Part shown: positions 60,341 to 64,000 of the stretch, in pieces
Layout: the number at the start of each line of letters is the position of its first letter
Numbering within the stretch: position 1 is the stretch's first letter
Assembly: GCA_049426725.1 (NCBI GenBank)
Contig: JBMSYN010000012.1
Location: 2,139 to 66,138, forward strand
Length of the DNA stretch: 64,000 nucleotides
From: Candidatus Kapaibacteriota bacterium
GTDB lineage: Bacteria; Bacteroidota; Ignavibacteria; Kapaibacteriales; UBA961
Reading direction: 5' to 3'
Program-made: the position numbers and the translations under genes
The notes under the pieces: generated by a model
What the model saw: the letters and a program-made list of their open reading frames with translations, nothing else
Database searches by the model: none
Told to the model about the DNA's origin: nothing

Positions 60341-61051
60341 TTATTTCACGATTTCAAGCAATTCCACTTCGAATACCAATGTTTCATTTGGTCCGATTGC
60401 ATTCCCTGCACCTCGCTCACCATAAGCAAGTTCAGATGGAATATAGAATTTATACTTTGCACCTTTGTTCATAAGCTGAACACCTTCTGTCCAACCTTTG
60501 ATAACTCCATTGAGAGGAAATTCAACCGGCTCACCACGATCAACTGATGAATCGAATGTTGTGCCATCGATGAGTTTTCCGGTATAATGAACTTTTACAG
60601 TTGAAGAAGCAGTTGGCTTTGGACCTGTTCCTTCGCTGATCACTGAATATTGCAAACCACTAGCGGTTGTTTTTACACCTGGTTTGTTCTTATTGTCAGC
60701 AAGAAATTTTTCGCCTTTTGTTTTATTCTCGCCGCCTTTTTTGGCAGCTTCTTCTTGTGCTTTTGTCATCATTTCTTGTTGGAATTGAGTCAAAACATCA
60801 CCCATTTCCTTCTCTGTCAATTGAGTTTTTGCACCTGTATATGCATCAAGCAAACCCTTTATCAAAACATCTGTGGAGATTTCTACTTTTTGGTCTTTCA
60901 AGTTTTTACCGATGCTCACACCGATACTATAACTTGCTTTGTCTTTTTGGGTTTTGAGTTCCATTGATGCTCCTTTATCGGAAGATTGTGAACATGCTTG
61001 TACGGAAAATAGTCCGATGCATGCCATTGCAATGATTGCTGAACGGATCAT
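60341..61051 (-). CDS. fkpA: FKBP-type peptidyl-prolyl isomerase (Mip/FkpA-like) lipoprotein
   Basis: SYSIG, TASGLQY, VHYTG.L.DGT.FDSS, VIKGWTEG and LVFEVEL; lipobox VQAC. Confidence 0.92.
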   Translation of the reverse strand: MIRSAIIAMACIGLFSVQACSQSSDKGASMELKTQKDKASYSIGVSIGKNLKDQKVEISTDVLIKGLLDAYTGAKTQLTEKEMGDVLTQFQQEMMTKAQEEAAKKGGENKTKGEKFLADNKNKPGVKTTASGLQYSVISEGTGPKPTASSTVKVHYTGKLIDGTTFDSSVDRGEPVEFPLNGVIKGWTEGVQLMNKGAKYKFYIPSELAYGERGAGNAIGPNETLVFEVELLEIVK

Positions 61052-61125
61052 GTATTATCCTTGATGAATAGAATTAATGAAATAAGTGGCACAAAGATAA
61101 TGATTTATGCTCAAACCCTTGCTTA

Positions 61126-61842
61126 TCACTTTGATAATGCGATGGATTCCCAATCAGTAAACGGGGATAAAAACAATGTTTCGCCATGTGTGGAGTATCC
61201 GGGAATTGGAGTCATGAGGGCTCTGCCTTTTTTTCGCAATTCTAAAAACATCTTGAAATCATTTGGACAATGCCCTTTGTTCGTCCATTTTCTGAGAATC
61301 TTGATATCTTGTTTCAATGTTTTCACTTTACATGCAAAAGTCATTGTTGTGCTATTGGTAATCTTCCAATGAGAAGATCCGATGCAATAGATTTTGGTAC
61401 TTTCACCACCATCTGCATCTACAAATGGATTTCCACCAATAGCCGGAGACCTATATTTATCGGGATGATCATAGAGACTGCAATATGCACTTCCAAATTG
61501 GAGGACTTCTCGCATCAATGTCGGTGATCCCGGACGATGGAGATAATCATTTTCGAGATGATAGACGATATCATCATCGTGAAAGGTTAATGCTATATCC
61601 AATCCCAAATTGAATGTCCCCGCTCCATGTCCCACAGAAACTCTTTGAATATTTTCCGGTTTCACATACTTGCAAATCATTGCATAGGTTTCTTCGCTTA
61701 CATTATCTGCAATGACATGAAAGACTGCATCATGAAATACAGAGACTGCATTGCGCAGACAATTTTCATTGTTGATATAAGCAGGTTTCACTTTGGAATA
61801 TCCTGCATCTGAAATGCGATAGATGATATGAAGGTTCATCAC
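61126..61842 (-). CDS. Putative GT-A-fold glycosyltransferase
   Basis: IADN, VYHLENDYLH (DxD-like) and C-terminal STH; soluble. Confidence 0.5.
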   Translation of the reverse strand: MMNLHIIYRISDAGYSKVKPAYINNENCLRNAVSVFHDAVFHVIADNVSEETYAMICKYVKPENIQRVSVGHGAGTFNLGLDIALTFHDDDIVYHLENDYLHRPGSPTLMREVLQFGSAYCSLYDHPDKYRSPAIGGNPFVDADGGESTKIYCIGSSHWKITNSTTMTFACKVKTLKQDIKILRKWTNKGHCPNDFKMFLELRKKGRALMTPIPGYSTHGETLFLSPFTDWESIALSK

Positions 61843-62957
61843 ATCTTATGATCCTTTCCACCGAATCGCCAGGAAAAACCAAGATTGATCACATAATCTG
61901 CAAATGCGGCATCACCATTGGTAAATACACCATTCACTCTTGTCTTTTCCAAGTCATCATAACTTTGCACTCGATTACGATAAACCGCAAGTGGAAGACT
62001 TGCAAATACAGACATTCCATCAAATGCATAAGAAATACCGGGCTCAACGGCAACAGAGTAACCAGGTCTTCTAAATCCTCTGCTACCACCAAAAGCATCA
62101 TGCGATGGAACGCCTTCAATGCGACCTCCAAAATACCCGCTCAATCCTGATTCTGAATTGTAAAATGCTCCAATTCGAGCACCATATTGATCAGGTACAG
62201 AAAAATCAATGGTATTTCCAAAAGCATCTTTTCTGAGTGTTGGAATGCCATTTGTTTCACGAGGATTGAATAAATAAAATGCATTGGTGGCAATTGCAAT
62301 CTGATGGCTAATAGGATGATATCCTTGCAAGTCAATGGATATTCCCGTTCCGCCATCACCTAATTGAATGGATTGATCAACAAATTGCAGCATGTTCGTA
62401 TCGCGATTCGGACCTTGATTATAAAACAAATCTTTACAATCGTATTGTCCGCTTGCTAGCTTTACTCCTACTCCAATCGCATAATTGAAATCATGTTCAA
62501 ATGGTTCGAATAACCAATATCCAATACCAAAGCGAATATCGGACAATCCTGAAGAACCGGTGGAATGTCTTTGACCTAATCCACTCGGAGGATTTCCCCC
62601 ATGTTCATACATTGATGAACGATTATGATGCATATAAGGCAAAGTAGCCGTGGCGTAAAGTTGATCGGTAATCCCATAACTCAATGTGAGATCCAAAAAG
62701 CTCGACCAATTCCAAACCTCTGTACCATTAGCAACTCTCTGGGGCTCTTCATGATCACCACGGAAATGTCTGAATGATTCGAAATATCGAAAGCCTGTCA
62801 CGAAATTCCATTCTCCGGGAGAAAGATTAATCCCCATTCCCATTGTATTCGATCCACCACAAGAACTCATTCCTCTTGTGGCTACACAACCTTGAGAATT
62901 CATGTCCATGCTCATGGACAACACAAGTACAAAGCATAGTGCGATATATGTTTTCAT
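61839..62957 (-). CDS. Putative outer-membrane beta-barrel (MetA-pathway/transporter-like) with Cys/His-rich N-terminus
   Basis: Signal peptide, QGCVA...SC, GLSDI, QLGDG and amphipathic strands ending FSWRF. Confidence 0.6.
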   Translation of the reverse strand: MKTYIALCFVLVLSMSMDMNSQGCVATRGMSSCGGSNTMGMGINLSPGEWNFVTGFRYFESFRHFRGDHEEPQRVANGTEVWNWSSFLDLTLSYGITDQLYATATLPYMHHNRSSMYEHGGNPPSGLGQRHSTGSSGLSDIRFGIGYWLFEPFEHDFNYAIGVGVKLASGQYDCKDLFYNQGPNRDTNMLQFVDQSIQLGDGGTGISIDLQGYHPISHQIAIATNAFYLFNPRETNGIPTLRKDAFGNTIDFSVPDQYGARIGAFYNSESGLSGYFGGRIEGVPSHDAFGGSRGFRRPGYSVAVEPGISYAFDGMSVFASLPLAVYRNRVQSYDDLEKTRVNGVFTNGDAAFADYVINLGFSWRFGGKDHKM

Positions 62958-62970
62958 GGTATATATGAAG

Positions 62971-64000
62971 TTATTGTATGACAATACTGCAACGGAACAA
63001 TGCTCCATTGCTATGCTTTAACCGAATGTGATACATCCCGGTTCCCAATCCTGAACAGTCAATAGTGATATCTTCCATTCCAAATGGGATTGTAAAATTA
63101 CGAACTATTTTGCCACTAACATCAACTATATCAATGGATTGCATGTTTTCACCACTGATTGGAATAGTCACTATTCCAGATGTGGGATTAGGAAATACCG
63201 CAAGTGCTTGTATATCTTCTTTGACTGAACTTGGCTCTTGAGGTATGCATCCCTGTCCATAAAATTCGGCAACAGTGGTCCAGGGATTTCCATTTATTTC
63301 TTTCAATGATCTGAATTTCACATATCGTGCCGTAATGCCTCCTGTATCCAATAATAGCCATTGTATTGCACTGTTATTGTCAAATATTGCCGGATATGCC
63401 TTACCCCAATTCATGGTATCATTGGTAAAATAGAATTCTGCTTCTTTAACGCGACCATTAACTCCACCATCTCCTCTTCCTTGATAGGCAAACTTGAAGA
63501 GCTTGTAAGCAAACCCAAAATCAATTTGCATTTCATGCGGAATAGTATCATTACCAGTGCTCCATCTAGTATGCCAAATGGTATTTGGATCACCATCAAT
63601 TGCCATGCTTGCAAGACCCGGGTAATTTACTTCTTGACTATTGAATTTCATGATGCTCCAATCACCTTTGGGTAGCAAACCTGGATTGTCGCATGTTTCA
63701 ATCGATGGACATGGTCTAACAGTCACAGGAACAATCGATGATGTATATGTTTTTCCTTCCTGTTCCAATATGAGCGATACGCTATATGTTCCTTTTGCAC
63801 CATATACCACTTGTGGATTCATGGCATTCTTATCGCTAATCCATAACGGCTCTGGCTCAATCTTCCACGTGCGTTTTGCATTGCGATTGATGAACAAAGA
63901 ATGATCTGTCATAGACACCGTGTCTTCACCACATGATACCACTTGTGGTCCCACCCATGCTTTTGCAATCGGAGTAAAACTTGTGTCAATCAATGGAGAT
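62971..64000 (-). CDS. Partial T9SS protein with PKD-like and F5/8 type C (CBM32/discoidin) domains
   Basis: AIDGDPNTIWHTRW, PHEMQIDFG and ARYVKF; FPNP CTD; frame open to the window edge. Confidence 0.8.
   Translation of the reverse strand, partial: SPLIDTSFTPIAKAWVGPQVVSCGEDTVSMTDHSLFINRNAKRTWKIEPEPLWISDKNAMNPQVVYGAKGTYSVSLILEQEGKTYTSSIVPVTVRPCPSIETCDNPGLLPKGDWSIMKFNSQEVNYPGLASMAIDGDPNTIWHTRWSTGNDTIPHEMQIDFGFAYKLFKFAYQGRGDGGVNGRVKEAEFYFTNDTMNWGKAYPAIFDNNSAIQWLLLDTGGITARYVKFRSLKEINGNPWTTVAEFYGQGCIPQEPSSVKEDIQALAVFPNPTSGIVTIPISGENMQSIDIVDVSGKIVRNFTIPFGMEDITIDCSGLGTGMYHIRLKHSNGALFRCSIVIQ

Noticed and set aside
59163-61527. Plus-strand ORFs (59163-59582, 60032-60547, 61061-61372 and others)
   Set aside because: Antisense to well-supported addA, fkpA and GT-like genes; no recognisable features

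Overview
Bacterial chromosomal window, most consistent with the Bacteroidota/Chlorobiota/Ignavibacteria-Kapabacteria radiation. The evidence is the rplM-rpsI-rpsB-tsf gene order, about nine proteins with type IX secretion (T9SS)-like C-terminal sorting domains, TAnnTTTG promoter elements, and, unlike Bacteroidia, clear Shine-Dalgarno motifs. Housekeeping genes include tsf, rpsB, rpsI, rplM, serS, Sua5/TsaC, lysA, a ComM/YifB ATPase, an AddA-like helicase-nuclease, an FKBP and tRNA-Asn. Two accessory blocks stand out. (1) About 30-41 kb: a co-directional, partly translationally coupled cluster of LamG/Ig surface protein, MbnP-like WxW protein, MbnH/MauG-like di-heme enzyme, two tandem YHYH-domain T9SS proteins, a pentameric ligand-gated ion channel and a secreted sulfatase. 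(2) About 42.6-53 kb: a photoheterotrophy block with a lycopene cyclase-Blh fusion, a green-tuned DTE proteorhodopsin with a Gly at the antenna fenestration site, and the proton-translocating transhydrogenase genes directly downstream. Also seen are three tandem DnaA boxes over the rplM promoter and a multi-hairpin rpsB leader. No CRISPR array, rRNA, integrase or transposase was seen. All calls come from motif recognition by eye; no database searches were run.
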